Below are positions 47,158 to 57,553 of a stretch of DNA of 64,000 nucleotides, piece by piece; position 1 is the stretch's first letter, and each line of letters opens with the position of its first letter. Where the stretch lies: the NCBI GenBank assembly GCA_965228735.1, contig OZ245838.1:2752001-2816000 (forward strand), in the 5' to 3' direction. A model generated the notes under the pieces. The model worked only from the letters and a program-made list of their open reading frames with translations. It made no database searches and had not been told where the DNA came from. Both the position numbers and the translations under genes were made by a program. Origin of the DNA: Planctomycetota bacterium. GTDB lineage: Bacteria; Planctomycetota; UBA1135; UBA2386.

Positions 47158-48390
47158 TCAGCCGCCGAAGTCGTCGAACGCGATCATTTCCTTCTCGACG
47201 CCCAGATCATCGAGCATCTTGAAGACGGCGCTGTTCATCATCGGCGGGCCGCAGAGGTAGAACTCGATCTCGTCGACGTTCTCGTGGTCCTTGAGGTGGT
47301 TCTCCATGACCACCTGGTGGATGAAGCCGGTGTAGCCGTCCCAGTTGTCCTCGGGCAGCGCGTCGCTGAGCGCGACGTGGTACGAGAAGTTGGGGAAGTC
47401 CTTTTCGATCTTCTCGAAGTGGTCGGTGTAGAACATCTCGCGCTTGCTGCGCGCGCCGTACCAGTAGCTCACCTTGCGGTCGGTCTTGAGCGTGTGGAAC
47501 AGGTGGAAGATGTGGCTGCGCAGCGGCGCCATGCCCGCACCGCCGCCGATGTAGACCATCTCGCGGTCCGTGTCCTTGATGAAGAAGTCACCGTAGGGAC
47601 CGGAGATCGTGACCTTGTCACCCGGCTTGAGCGAGAAGACGTAGGAGCTGCAGATGCCCGGCGGCAGGTCCATCTGGCGCGGCGGCGGCGTGGCGATGCG
47701 GATGTTGAGCATCACCATGTTGCCCTCGGCCGGATGGTTGGCCATCGAGTAGGCGCGGAAGACCGGCTCGTCGTTGTTGGCGACGAGATCCCACAGCTTG
47801 AACTTGTCCCAGTCCTCGCGGAACTCCTCTTCGATGTCGAAGTCCGAGTACTTGAGGTTGTGGTATTCGGGAACGTCGATCTGGATGTAGCCGCCCGACT
47901 GGAAGTCGATGACCTCGCCCTCGGGGAGATCGACGACGAACTCCTTGATGAACGTCGCGACGTTGTGGTTGCTCCGGACCGTGCACTCCCACTTGCGGAT
48001 GCCGAAGACCTCGTCCGGCACCTTGACCTTCATCGGGCCGCGGACCTTGACCTGACACGCGAGGCGCCAGCCTTCCTTGGCTTCCGAGCGGCTGATGGAC
48101 GTCATCTCGGACGGCAGGATGTCGCCGCCGCCCTCGAAGACCTGGCAGGTGCACATCGCGCACGAGCCCTTCCCGCCGCACGCCGACGGCAGGAAGATCT
48201 TCTGGTTGCTCAGCGCCATGAGCAGGTTGCTGCCGACCTCGACCTCCGGCGACTTCTCCGGGTCGTCGTTGATGAGCAGCTTGACCTTGCCCTTCTGCAC
48301 GAGCCGGCTCTCGCAGAACATCAGCACGAGCACGAGCAGGATGACGACGCACGTCAGCGCGACGACGCCGATCAGGATCGAAGTGAACAT
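47158..48390 (-). CDS. nqrF: Na+-translocating NADH:quinone reductase subunit F
   Basis: [47 protein letters not shown]. Confidence 0.97.
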   Translation of the reverse strand: MFTSILIGVVALTCVVILLVLVLMFCESRLVQKGKVKLLINDDPEKSPEVEVGSNLLMALSNQKIFLPSACGGKGSCAMCTCQVFEGGGDILPSEMTSISRSEAKEGWRLACQVKVRGPMKVKVPDEVFGIRKWECTVRSNHNVATFIKEFVVDLPEGEVIDFQSGGYIQIDVPEYHNLKYSDFDIEEEFREDWDKFKLWDLVANNDEPVFRAYSMANHPAEGNMVMLNIRIATPPPRQMDLPPGICSSYVFSLKPGDKVTISGPYGDFFIKDTDREMVYIGGGAGMAPLRSHIFHLFHTLKTDRKVSYWYGARSKREMFYTDHFEKIEKDFPNFSYHVALSDALPEDNWDGYTGFIHQVVMENHLKDHENVDEIEFYLCGPPMMNSAVFKMLDDLGVEKEMIAFDDFGG

Positions 48391-48436
48391 TGGGTTGCCT
48401 GTGGCTCCTGGGAGTCTTCTCTCAGATTCCCCGAAC

Positions 48437-49096
48437 TCAGATACCACTGAAGGTCATGAACGCCATCGCGATCAGACCCGTGGTAATGAACGTGATGCCG
48501 AGGCCCTTGAGCGGCCCGGGCACGTGCGCCGTGCGGATCTTCCAGCGGATCGCCGCCATGCTCACGATCGCGAGCAGGAAGCCGATGCCGGAGCCGAAGC
48601 CGTAGACGGTCGCCTCACCGAACGTGTAGTTGCGTTCGACCATGAACAGCGAGCTGCCGAGGATCGCGCAGTTCACCGCGATGAGCGGCAGGAAGATGCC
48701 GAGCGCCGCGTAGAGCTTGGGGCTGAACTTGTCGACGGCCATCTCGACGATCTGCACCGCGGTCGCGATCGACGCGATGAAGGTCAAGAACTGCAGGTAG
48801 CTCAGGTCGAGGTCCGGGAATCCCGCCCACGCGAGCGCCCCCGGCGCGAGGATGAACGTCTGCACGGCCCAGTTGATCGGCACGGTCAGTCCCAGCACGA
48901 ACACCACGGCGATGCCGAGGCCCATCGAGCTGTCGACGCGCTTGCTCACCGCGAGGTACGAGCACATGCCGAGGAAGAACGCGAGCAGGATGTTCTCGAC
49001 GAAGATCGCGCGCAGCACGATCGAGATGTAGTTCGCAGCGGTGCTGGTGCCCTCGATCGGGTCCTGCAGCGCGGTCACGAAGAGTTCGGCGGTCAT
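48437..49096 (-). CDS. nqrE: Na+-NQR subunit E
   Basis: [38 protein letters not shown]. Confidence 0.95.
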   Translation of the reverse strand: MTAELFVTALQDPIEGTSTAANYISIVLRAIFVENILLAFFLGMCSYLAVSKRVDSSMGLGIAVVFVLGLTVPINWAVQTFILAPGALAWAGFPDLDLSYLQFLTFIASIATAVQIVEMAVDKFSPKLYAALGIFLPLIAVNCAILGSSLFMVERNYTFGEATVYGFGSGIGFLLAIVSMAAIRWKIRTAHVPGPLKGLGITFITTGLIAMAFMTFSGI

Positions 49097-49108
49097 CTTT
49101 CAGTCTCC

Positions 49109-49771
49109 TCAGTTCTTCTCGACGTAGCCACTGATCGCGCGCTGCACCCAGACGAGCACACCGAGCAGGAGGAACGCGCCGGGGGCGAGCACCATGAGGC
49201 CGTTGTTGACGTAGCCGGCCTCGTAGAACGCCTCCGGCACGACGGCGTAGCCGAACAGCTTGCCCGAGCCGAGCAGCTCGCGGATCGCCGCGACGACCGC
49301 GATGATCCAGGCGTAGCCGAGGCCGTTGCCGATGCCGTCGAGGAAGCTGCGGTAGGGCCCATTGCCCATCGCGTAGGCCTCGAGGCGCCCCATCACCATG
49401 CAGTTCGTGATGATCAGGCCAACGAAGACCGACAGCGACTTGCTGAGGTCGTACATGTAGGCCTTGAGCAGCTGGTCGAACAGGATCACGAGCGACGACA
49501 CGACGACGAGCTGGACGATGATCCGGATCTTGCTCGGGATCATGTTGCGCAGCAGCGAGATCGTCACGTTCGCCAGCGCAGTGACCATCGTCACGCCGAT
49601 GCCGAGCACGATCGCCTTGTCGAGTCGCGTCGTCACAGCGAGCGCGGAGCAGATCCCGAGGACCTGCAGCGCGATCGGGTTGTTGTCCCAGAGCGGGTCG
49701 AGGATGGCGCGCTTCTCTTCCTTGCCGAAGAGCGGCGCCTTCTTGGTTGCGGGTGCAGTTGTGCTGGTCAC
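49109..49771 (-). CDS. nqrD: Na+-NQR subunit D
   Basis: [37 protein letters not shown]. Confidence 0.96.
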   Translation of the reverse strand: MTSTTAPATKKAPLFGKEEKRAILDPLWDNNPIALQVLGICSALAVTTRLDKAIVLGIGVTMVTALANVTISLLRNMIPSKIRIIVQLVVVSSLVILFDQLLKAYMYDLSKSLSVFVGLIITNCMVMGRLEAYAMGNGPYRSFLDGIGNGLGYAWIIAVVAAIRELLGSGKLFGYAVVPEAFYEAGYVNNGLMVLAPGAFLLLGVLVWVQRAISGYVEKN

Positions 49772-49804
49772 GGTTGGATTCCTTGGCTTCCTCCGACCTA
49801 CTGG

Positions 49805-50509
49805 TCAGTCACCCTTGTTGTAGAGGTACTTCGAGAACGCCCTGAGGTCGGCCTCGACGAACGTCTCGACGCCCTTGCCGGTGATCGTCGCGCCCGCGAG
49901 GCCGTCGACGGCGTGCTTCTTCTCGCGTTCGATCGACGGATCGACGTTGCCCTTCTTGACGGTGACCGACACGAGATCGCCGTCCTCGTCGAGCACGGTC
50001 TTGCCCTTCCACTGGTTCTGCCACTGCGGGTTGTCGACCTCGCCACCGAGACCGGGCGTCTCCTTGTGGTCGTAGAACGTGATGCCGCGCACGTGGTTCT
50101 TGTCGCCATCGAGCGCGAGGTAGCCGTAGAGCGTGCTCCACAGCCCGCGACCCGAGATCGGCAGCACGTAGGCCTCGACCTCGCCGCCCTCCGCCTTGGT
50201 CGTAGCGACGACCCGATAGCGCTTGCCGTCGGCCTCGAGCGGTTCCATGTCGGTCTTCGCGCCCGACTCGGTGTCGATCACGAACTCCTCGACCCGGTCC
50301 TCGTAGAGCTTCTCGAGCTCCTCGCGCGGCCGAGGATCGTCGGCCGTGCAGAGCCCGGCCGCGATCATCACGTTCTTCTGGCGATCGAACTCCTTCGCCG
50401 CCGCCTGGATCTCGCGCAGCGAATTGGCGGCGACGGCCAGCGTGAGACTGGTCGCGACGCATACGCCGACCGCGAAGATCAGGACGTAGCCGTTGCTGTT
50501 GATGTTCAT
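49805..50509 (-). CDS. nqrC: Na+-NQR subunit C
   Basis: GRGLWS, HKETPGLGGE, WKGK, VDGLAGATIT; ATGA overlap with nqrB. Confidence 0.95.
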   Translation of the reverse strand: MNINSNGYVLIFAVGVCVATSLTLAVAANSLREIQAAAKEFDRQKNVMIAAGLCTADDPRPREELEKLYEDRVEEFVIDTESGAKTDMEPLEADGKRYRVVATTKAEGGEVEAYVLPISGRGLWSTLYGYLALDGDKNHVRGITFYDHKETPGLGGEVDNPQWQNQWKGKTVLDEDGDLVSVTVKKGNVDPSIEREKKHAVDGLAGATITGKGVETFVEADLRAFSKYLYNKGD

Positions 50510-51783
50510 GAGCGTTTGAGCCTCCGCTTGATGTTGCCCTGCACGACGAAGTGGTCGATCGTCGGCGCGAACGCGTTGAGCAGCAGGATGGCGAGCATCG
50601 TGCCTTCCGGATAGGCCGGGTTGATCATGCGCACCAGGATCGTGAACAGGCCGATCAGCGCGCCATAGATCCACTTGCCGACCGCCGTCTCACACGAGCT
50701 CACCGGATCGGTCGCCATGAAGACGATGCCGAACAGGAAGCCACCCGCGAGCAGGTGGTCGATCGGCGACAGCGTCACCTGCCCCTCGACCAGCGCCTCG
50801 GGCACGATGTGCGGCATGAGCAGGGCCGAGCCGACCAGACCGAGCACGCCGGCGACCATGACCTGCCAGCTCGCGACGCCCATCGCGATCATGAAGCCGG
50901 CGCCGAGCAGCACGCAGAACTTGCTCGTCTCACCGGCGCTCCCCGGGATGAACCCGAAGAACATGTCGGTCCGACTCCAGGTCTCGTGCACCACCGCCGA
51001 CGCGCTCTCGGTCGCGGCCTTCGCGGTCGCGAGCACCGTCGGCGACGAGTAGCCGTCGATCAGGTAGGCCGGGTTGGTCGCGACGTCGTCGTTGCCCGCG
51101 ACCCAGACCATGTCACCGGAGAGCTGCGCGGCGAACGCGAAGAACAGGAACGCACGCACCATCATCGCGACGTTGAAGATGTTCATGCCGGTCCCGCCGA
51201 ACACCTCCTTGCCGAGAATCACGGCGAACGCGACACCCGTGGCCAGCTGCCACAGCGGGATCGACGCGGGCACGATGAGCGCGATCAGCATGCCGGAGAC
51301 GAGATACCCCTCGCTGACCTCCTCCTTGCGGATCACGGCGAAGAACATCTCGATGCCGAGCCCGACACCGTAGCTCACGATGAGGATCGGCAGCATGCGC
51401 TGCAGCCCGAAGACGACCGTGTCGAAGAACGACGGGTCCGCGAGGCTCGGAGCGCCCACGACCGACTGCAGCCAGCCGAGCGAGTAGCCCTCCGGATCGT
51501 AGTTCCCCGCCTCGATCATGCCGCCGATCGCGAGGAAGTGCTGGTAGCCGTTGCCGTAGAACGACCACAGCAGACACGGCACGAGCGCGAGGATGACGGT
51601 GTTCATCACCCGCTTGAGATCGACGTAGTCGCGGACGTGCACGCCGGACCGATCGGTCCGGTGATCCGGCGCGAACAGGAACGTCTCGAACGCGTCGAAC
51701 AGCGGCCACACCTTGTGGAACTTGCTGTCCTTCTCGTGGTAGAGCTTCTTCTGCTTCTCGACCAGGTTGCGCAAGAACTGCAT
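50506..51783 (-). CDS. nqrB: Na+-NQR subunit B
   Basis: HVRDYVDLKRVM, GKEVFGGTGMN, IPGSAGETS, FMATDPVS, NPAYPEG. Confidence 0.96.
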   Translation of the reverse strand: MQFLRNLVEKQKKLYHEKDSKFHKVWPLFDAFETFLFAPDHRTDRSGVHVRDYVDLKRVMNTVILALVPCLLWSFYGNGYQHFLAIGGMIEAGNYDPEGYSLGWLQSVVGAPSLADPSFFDTVVFGLQRMLPILIVSYGVGLGIEMFFAVIRKEEVSEGYLVSGMLIALIVPASIPLWQLATGVAFAVILGKEVFGGTGMNIFNVAMMVRAFLFFAFAAQLSGDMVWVAGNDDVATNPAYLIDGYSSPTVLATAKAATESASAVVHETWSRTDMFFGFIPGSAGETSKFCVLLGAGFMIAMGVASWQVMVAGVLGLVGSALLMPHIVPEALVEGQVTLSPIDHLLAGGFLFGIVFMATDPVSSCETAVGKWIYGALIGLFTILVRMINPAYPEGTMLAILLLNAFAPTIDHFVVQGNIKRRLKRS

Positions 51784-51786
51784 CGC

Positions 51787-53139
51787 CTAGCCCTCCTTCT
51801 CGAACATGTCGAGTCCGCTGCGAATGACCCCACCGACGTCGATCTTGCAAGGATCGGCAAACGTGCAGAGCGCGACGTCTTCCTCGGTGACCTCGAGCAG
51901 GCCGAGCTTGATGGCCTCGTCGAGGTCGTTGGCCTGAATGGCGCGACACAGGAACGTCGGGAAGATGTCGAGCGGCGTGACCCGCTCCCACGATCCGATG
52001 TTCACGATCGGCCGGACGCCGCCATGCAGGCGCGCATCGACCGCGTATTCCTTCTTGCCGGGCAGCAGCCAGGACACGCTGCGGTGCATCGTGAGCTTGG
52101 TCGGCTGCGGCTTGGCCCAGCCGAACAGGTCGCGACGGTCCGTGCCCTCCGCGATCACGGTGACGGTCGAGGTGCGAAAGCCGATGGCGCCGTCGCTCTC
52201 GATGGCGCGCCCGTGCAGCACGTTGCCATCGATCACCCGCACGTCGCCGGTGATCGGCTGCCCGCCGTTGAAGACGGCTACCGGCGAACCGTGCCGCACC
52301 CGGAAGTACTGTCGCTGCGGCGCCTCGCTACCGCCGACCGCGACGACGATACGGGCCGGATACTGCCCGCTCTCCACCCACTGCCCGAGGCGCGCGACGT
52401 CCTGAACGCGCAGCGTGTAGGCGATCTCCTCGCTCTTCAGCGGCCGGATCTCGTGGATGTGGGTGCCGGTCAGACCCGCCGGGTGCGGGCCGGAGAAGTT
52501 GTGCACCTCGACGCCGCTCAGGTCGCGCAGATCACTCTGGTCCTGGCCCTGCGCGTGCAGTGACAGGTAGACCGGACCGTCCGTCAGCTGCTTGAGCAGG
52601 TCGATGCCGCGCTGCACCTCGGCCTTCTTGCCGCCCGTCAGGAACGCCGGGTCGGCGGCGAGAGGCGCCGTGTCCATGCCGTTGACGAAGATCGCGACGG
52701 GCTTCTTGTCACCGCGCACGAGCTTGCCGACCGGACGCTGCACGAACAGGTGCCAGAGGCCCGCGTTCTTCAGCGCCTTGCGCAGCGACTCCGCGTCGCT
52801 ACCGGGCTTGACCGCGTCGGCAAACTGCTCCTGCCCACCACCCGCGAGCCCGTTCTCGATCACGACGCGCCGCAGGAAGCGGCGCGCGCCGTACTCGATC
52901 GCCTTGACCTTGCCCGTCGTCGGCGAGCAGAAGACGACCTCGCGGTCGATCTTGTCGAGGAACAGCGGCTGTCCCGTGACGACGTTGTCGCCCTCCTTGA
53001 CGAGGACCTTGGGTTTGATGCCGAGGAACTCGGCGGTCTCGACGGCGACCTCTTCGGCCTCGGGCGCATCGCTCAGCGTGCGCTCCGGGGAGCCGGCCAG
53101 AGGGAGATCGAAGCCTTTCGTGATGGTATGGGTGGTCAT
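51787..53139 (-). CDS. nqrA: Na+-NQR subunit A
   Basis: ITKGFDLPLAG, MDTAPLA, FSGPHPAG, EEDVALCTFADP.K. Confidence 0.95.
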   Translation of the reverse strand: MTTHTITKGFDLPLAGSPERTLSDAPEAEEVAVETAEFLGIKPKVLVKEGDNVVTGQPLFLDKIDREVVFCSPTTGKVKAIEYGARRFLRRVVIENGLAGGGQEQFADAVKPGSDAESLRKALKNAGLWHLFVQRPVGKLVRGDKKPVAIFVNGMDTAPLAADPAFLTGGKKAEVQRGIDLLKQLTDGPVYLSLHAQGQDQSDLRDLSGVEVHNFSGPHPAGLTGTHIHEIRPLKSEEIAYTLRVQDVARLGQWVESGQYPARIVVAVGGSEAPQRQYFRVRHGSPVAVFNGGQPITGDVRVIDGNVLHGRAIESDGAIGFRTSTVTVIAEGTDRRDLFGWAKPQPTKLTMHRSVSWLLPGKKEYAVDARLHGGVRPIVNIGSWERVTPLDIFPTFLCRAIQANDLDEAIKLGLLEVTEEDVALCTFADPCKIDVGGVIRSGLDMFEKEG

Positions 53140-53233
53140 CCCGTTGCAGGTCGGGCCAGGGGAATCAGGCCGTCAGTGGCCTGGGTGCGTGAGCTTTCGG
53201 CAGCGGATCGCGGCAGCGACTTGGTCGGACGGG

Positions 53234-53413
53234 TCACCGACACGCCTCGACCCCGGGTTCGCCGGAGCCGGGCTCGCGCCCGCAGGTGTTGCACGAGCCG
53301 TCGGCGCTGAGTCCCCCGCACGAGCCGGACAGCCGCCGGCCGGACAATGCGAGGAACACGACCGCGACGACCGGGATCGTGAACACAAGGACGGGAAGCA
53401 GGACCGAGGACAC
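53234..53413 (-). CDS. nqrM: Na+-NQR maturation protein NqrM-like
   Basis: About 59 aa from GTG 53413: a TM helix, then GRRLSGSCGGL...CNTC...C (4 Cys); directly upstream of nqrA. Confidence 0.72.
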   Translation of the reverse strand: MSSVLLPVLVFTIPVVAVVFLALSGRRLSGSCGGLSADGSCNTCGREPGSGEPGVEACR

Positions 53414-53612
53414 CGTTTTCGCTCCGAAAAGTCGCAAGCAGGTTAGCGAACGGCGCCCGAGATTCGAGGCTGCGATTTCGAGAGCAGCGCGAATCCGGGG
53501 ACCGAAGGCCGGGTATCTGGTCGAACGCCGGGGCGCGGCCGCCGAATTTCGCGAATCGCCGACTCCAGCCGGGAATCGCGCCAATGCGGCCCGAAGTCAG
53601 CGGCGCGGCCCC

Positions 53613-53879
53613 TCAAAGCCGGGCCAGCACGAGATCCGAGAGCGCCCCGAGCGTGTTGCAGTTGCGCAGCGACACGTCCTGGTCCTCGACCTTGACCCCG
53701 AAGCGGCTCTCGAGGAACTCGACGATCTCGAGAACGCCGGCCGAATCGACGATCCCCGAGGTCACGAGCGGCGTGTCGGTCTCGAGCCCGTCGCCCCGAC
53801 CGTCGCGAAACCAATCGGCCACGAAGCCGCGGATCTGGGCCAGCACGGAGTCTCGGGTCGGCAGCGGTTCGGCGGTCAT
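53613..53879 (-). CDS. Acyl carrier protein
   Basis: 88 aa, acidic; DTPLVTSGIVDS..VLEIVEFLESRFGV.V carrier-protein motif. Confidence 0.85.
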   Translation of the reverse strand: MTAEPLPTRDSVLAQIRGFVADWFRDGRGDGLETDTPLVTSGIVDSAGVLEIVEFLESRFGVKVEDQDVSLRNCNTLGALSDLVLARL

Positions 53880-54260
53880 GCGGGCGGCAGACTATGCCAG
53901 CGAAGCGGCGCCCGGGAAAGGCCGAGAACCCGGCCACGGAGCACTGATGCCATGAGTGTGGATTTCCCGGCGCGCGCCGCGCCCAAGCGCCGGCGGGCCG
54001 CGCGCTTGCGGCAGGAGGGTGCCCTCGGGCCGGACGCGTGCCCGGGACCGCGGAGCCGGCAACGAGTTGCGGACATCCAACCACACGCAAGGCATCAGCC
54101 CCGGGGGGATGCGGCGGTGGCTGCCCGAGTTCGTGGACAGAACCCCACAACTACCTGCAAAGTCTCGACCTGCGCGCGTTCGCCAGCCGCCCGATTGACC
54201 GCCGCTGCGTTGCGCGCGGCCCGAGCCGCCATTACCGTCCGTCCCCGGGAGGCTCAGGTC

Positions 54261-55154
54261 ATGCTGTATTCGCTCGTCATTCCGGCCCACAACGAGGAAG
54301 GCATCCTCACGGCGACGGTCGACAGGATCCTCACGGCGATGCGCGCCGAGGCGATCCCGACGGAGCTCATCCTCGTCGAGGACAACAGCACCGACGGGAC
54401 GCTGCCGGTGATGCAGGCACTGCAGTCGCGCTGGCCGGAGATCCGGATCGTGCAGCGCACGCCACCGGGCGGGTTCGGTCGCGCGGTGCGTTCCGGCGTC
54501 GAGGCGGTCACGGGCGACGTCGTGGCGATCGTGATGGCGGACGACTCGGACGACCCGAAGGACATCGTCGCCTACTACCGCAAGATCCAGGAAGGCTACG
54601 ACTGCGTCTTCGGCTCACGCTTCCGGAAGCAGAGCGTGGTGAAGGACTACCCCTGGTTCAAGTACGTGCTCAACCGCGTCGTGAACAAGATGATCCAGAT
54701 CCTGTTCTGGACGAAGTTCAACGACATCACGAACGCGTTCAAGGCCTACCGCACCGAGGTGATCCGCACCTGCGGGCCCTACACGGCGTGCCACTTCAAT
54801 ATCACGATCGAGATGTCGCTGAGCGCGCTGATCCGCAAGTACGACATCGCGGAGATCCCGATCAGCTGGTACGGCCGGACCTGGGGTTCGTCGAGCCTCA
54901 AGGTCACGGAGATGGGCCGGCGCTACCTCGCCGTGCTGCTCAAGCTGTTCTTCGATCGCATGCTCGTCGCCGACGACCTGCTGTCGGAGAAGGTCGCCGC
55001 GCACGGTCGGCAGCAGCAGCACACGGATCGGCTCGAGCAACGGCTCGGCGAGGTCGAGTCCAAGCTGGGCATCCAGCAGGCAGCGGAGATCCAGCAGAAG
55101 GGGACCGCGGCTGCCGCACCGGCCGCGAAGACCGCGGCGCGGGACGCCGGATGA
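54261..55154 (+). CDS. GT2 glycosyltransferase (polyprenol-phosphate glycosyltransferase/DPM1-like)
   Basis: VIPAHNEE, EDNSTDGT, GFGRAVRSG, MADDSD, VFGSRF, DITNAFKAYR; GGGAGG RBS. Confidence 0.9.
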   Translation: MLYSLVIPAHNEEGILTATVDRILTAMRAEAIPTELILVEDNSTDGTLPVMQALQSRWPEIRIVQRTPPGGFGRAVRSGVEAVTGDVVAIVMADDSDDPKDIVAYYRKIQEGYDCVFGSRFRKQSVVKDYPWFKYVLNRVVNKMIQILFWTKFNDITNAFKAYRTEVIRTCGPYTACHFNITIEMSLSALIRKYDIAEIPISWYGRTWGSSSLKVTEMGRRYLAVLLKLFFDRMLVADDLLSEKVAAHGRQQQHTDRLEQRLGEVESKLGIQQAAEIQQKGTAAAAPAAKTAARDAG

Positions 55155-56230
55155 GCCAGCGGTTTCGGCACGCACTCGTGACCGGCGGCGCCGGCTTCGT
55201 CGGCAGCCGACTCTGCCTGCGGCTCAGAGCCAGTGATCCCGATCTGCGGGTCACGGCGTTCGACAACCTCGTTCGCCGCGGCAGTGAGCTGCACGTGCCG
55301 CTGCTGCGCGAGCACGGCGTCGAGTTCCGTCACGGCGACATCCGGTGCCCCGAGGACTTCGAGGGGTTGCCGCCGTTCGACCTGCTGCTCGAGTGCTCGG
55401 CCGAACCGTCCGTGCACGCGGGCCAGGACGGCTCGCCCGTCGGCGTCGTGCACAACAATCTCACGGGCACGCTGCACTGCCTCGAAGCCGCGCGCCAGCA
55501 GGACGCCGCCGTGCTGTTCCTCAGCACGAGCCGGGTCTACCCGATCGCGCACCTGCGGAGCCTGCGGACCGAAGAACGGGCGAGCCGACTCGCGCTCGCG
55601 GCCGAGCAATCGTTGGCCGGTTGTTCGGAGAACGGCATCGCCGAGGACTTCCCGCTCGACGGTCCGCGCTCGTTCTACGGCATGACGAAGCTCGCGGGCG
55701 AGGCGCTGATCCACGAGTACGGCTTCACCTATGGCACGCGCGCGCTGATCAACCGCTGCGGCGTGATCGCGGGCCCGGGCCAGATGGGCAAGGTCGACCA
55801 GGGCGTCGTGACGCTGTGGGCCGCGCGCCACATCTACGAGCAGCCGCTGAAGTACATCGGCTTCGGCGGGCACGGCAAGCAGGTGCGCGACATCCTGCAC
55901 GTCGACGATCTGTGCGACCTCGTGATGGCGCAGCTACAGCGCAGCGAGCTGTGGGACGGCCGCATCTACAATGCCGGCGGCGGCACCGCGCACTCCGCCT
56001 CGCTGCTCGAACTAACGGGCCTGTGCCGCGAGCTCACGGGCAAATCGGTCGCCATCACGCCACAGCCCGAGACCAACGCGGTCGACGTGCCGCTCTACGA
56101 GACGGACAACGCCAAGGTCACCCGCGAATGCGCCTGGTCCCCGCAGCGCAGCGTTGCGCAGACGGTCGAAGAGATCGTCGCCTGGATCCGCGATCGAAAG
56201 GACGAGCTCCGCCCGATCCTCGGCACGTGA
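55151..56230 (+). CDS. NAD-dependent epimerase/dehydratase (RfbE/CDP-paratose epimerase-like)
   Basis: VTGGAGFVG, DNL.RRG, YGMTK, DQG, GKQVRDILHV; ATGA overlap. Confidence 0.88.
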   Translation: MSQRFRHALVTGGAGFVGSRLCLRLRASDPDLRVTAFDNLVRRGSELHVPLLREHGVEFRHGDIRCPEDFEGLPPFDLLLECSAEPSVHAGQDGSPVGVVHNNLTGTLHCLEAARQQDAAVLFLSTSRVYPIAHLRSLRTEERASRLALAAEQSLAGCSENGIAEDFPLDGPRSFYGMTKLAGEALIHEYGFTYGTRALINRCGVIAGPGQMGKVDQGVVTLWAARHIYEQPLKYIGFGGHGKQVRDILHVDDLCDLVMAQLQRSELWDGRIYNAGGGTAHSASLLELTGLCRELTGKSVAITPQPETNAVDVPLYETDNAKVTRECAWSPQRSVAQTVEEIVAWIRDRKDELRPILGT

Positions 56231-56233
56231 CCC

Positions 56234-56366
56234 CCCGTACGGTACCTGGTTCAGACTGCCGGGCCGAAGCGGCGGCGACGGCGCGAAGCGCCGCAGCCGC
56301 CGCCTCGGCCCGGCAGTTTGAACCAGGTACCGTACGGGTGACCTTAGGTACCGTACGGGTGACCTT
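56234..56366. repeat. REP/MITE-like element copy 2: long hairpin plus a 21-bp tandem duplication
   Basis: CCCGTACGGTACCTGGTTCA (56234-56253) pairs with 56319-56338 and the stem continues inward; AGGTACCGTACGGGTGACCTT occurs twice (56325-56345, 56346-56366). Confidence 0.9.
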
Positions 56367-56407
56367 CCGCTGTTTCGCGGCTCACTCCTCCCCTACCATT
56401 CGGGGCC

Positions 56408-57553
56408 ATGGTTCATGGCGGTAAGACAGTGGTCGTCACCGGCGCGGCCGGGCTCGTGGGTTCGGAGGCGGTCAGCTTCTACTCCGAACGCGGCGCCCGG
56501 GTGCTCGGGGTCGACAACAACATGCGGCGGTCGTTCTTCGGCGCGGACGGGGACACGACGTGGAATCGCGAGCGGCTGCAGCAGGCGTATCGCGGCTACG
56601 AACATCGGCATCTCGACATCCGCGATCGCGAGGGGATCGACGCGCTGTTCCGGGCGGAGAAACCCGATCTGATCGTGCACTGCGCGGCGCAGCCGTCGCA
56701 CGACCTCGCGGCGCGGCGCCCGTTCGACGACTTCGACGTCAACGCGGTGGGCACGATGAACCTGCTCGAGGCGTGCCGGCAACACTGCCCCGAGTCGCCG
56801 TTCGTCTTCACGTCGACCAACAAGGTCTACGGCAACGCGCCCAACGAGGTGCCGCTCGTCGAACTCGAGACGCGCTGGGACTACGAACGGCCGGAGGACC
56901 GCCAGGGCATCGACGAGACGTGCCGCATCGACCAGTGCCTGCACAGCCTGTTCGGCGCCTCGAAGGTCGCCGCGGACGTGATGGCGCAGGAGTATGGCCG
57001 CTACTTCGACATGCCGGTCGGCGTGTTCCGCGGCGGCTGCCTCACGGGCTCGCACCATTCCGGCGCGGAGCTGCACGGCTTCCTGGCCTACCTCGTGCGC
57101 GCGACGTTCGAAGGGCGGCAGTACCGGATCTTCGGCTACCAGGGCAAGCAGGTGCGCGACAACATCGACAGCCGCGACGTGATCGCCGCGATGGATGCGT
57201 TCGCGCAGGCACCGCGCCCGGGCGAGGTCTACAACCTCGGCGGCGGGCGGGCGAACTCGATCTCGATGCTCGAGGCGATCGCGACGATCGAACACCGCAC
57301 GGGCAAGACGCTCGCTCACGAGTACGTCGACGACAACCGCATCGGTGATCACATCTGCTACATCACCGACATGTCCAAGTTCCGGTCGCACTATCCGGAC
57401 TGGTCGCTGCAGCACTCGCTCGACGACGTGTTGACCGACATGGTCGACGCGATGGCCGAGCGCTACGCGCGCACCGACGCGGCTCCGGTCGCCGCGCGCC
57501 GCCCCTACTCGAGCGACGAGAGGGTCAACGAGGACACCGCGACGCCGAGCTGA
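56408..57553 (+). CDS. NAD-dependent epimerase/dehydratase (RfbE-like, second)
   Basis: [50 protein letters not shown]. Confidence 0.88.
   Translation: MVHGGKTVVVTGAAGLVGSEAVSFYSERGARVLGVDNNMRRSFFGADGDTTWNRERLQQAYRGYEHRHLDIRDREGIDALFRAEKPDLIVHCAAQPSHDLAARRPFDDFDVNAVGTMNLLEACRQHCPESPFVFTSTNKVYGNAPNEVPLVELETRWDYERPEDRQGIDETCRIDQCLHSLFGASKVAADVMAQEYGRYFDMPVGVFRGGCLTGSHHSGAELHGFLAYLVRATFEGRQYRIFGYQGKQVRDNIDSRDVIAAMDAFAQAPRPGEVYNLGGGRANSISMLEAIATIEHRTGKTLAHEYVDDNRIGDHICYITDMSKFRSHYPDWSLQHSLDDVLTDMVDAMAERYARTDAAPVAARRPYSSDERVNEDTATPS

Noticed and set aside
53880..54260. 380-bp divergent spacer as a possible riboswitch or ncRNA
   Set aside because: No recognisable aptamer consensus or terminator by eye; most simply two promoters. 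An Rfam scan would be needed.
57505..57553. 49-bp convergent overlap of the epimerase and membrane-protein 3' ends
   Set aside because: Short tail overlaps are common in GC-rich genomes, and the epimerase tail is low-information.
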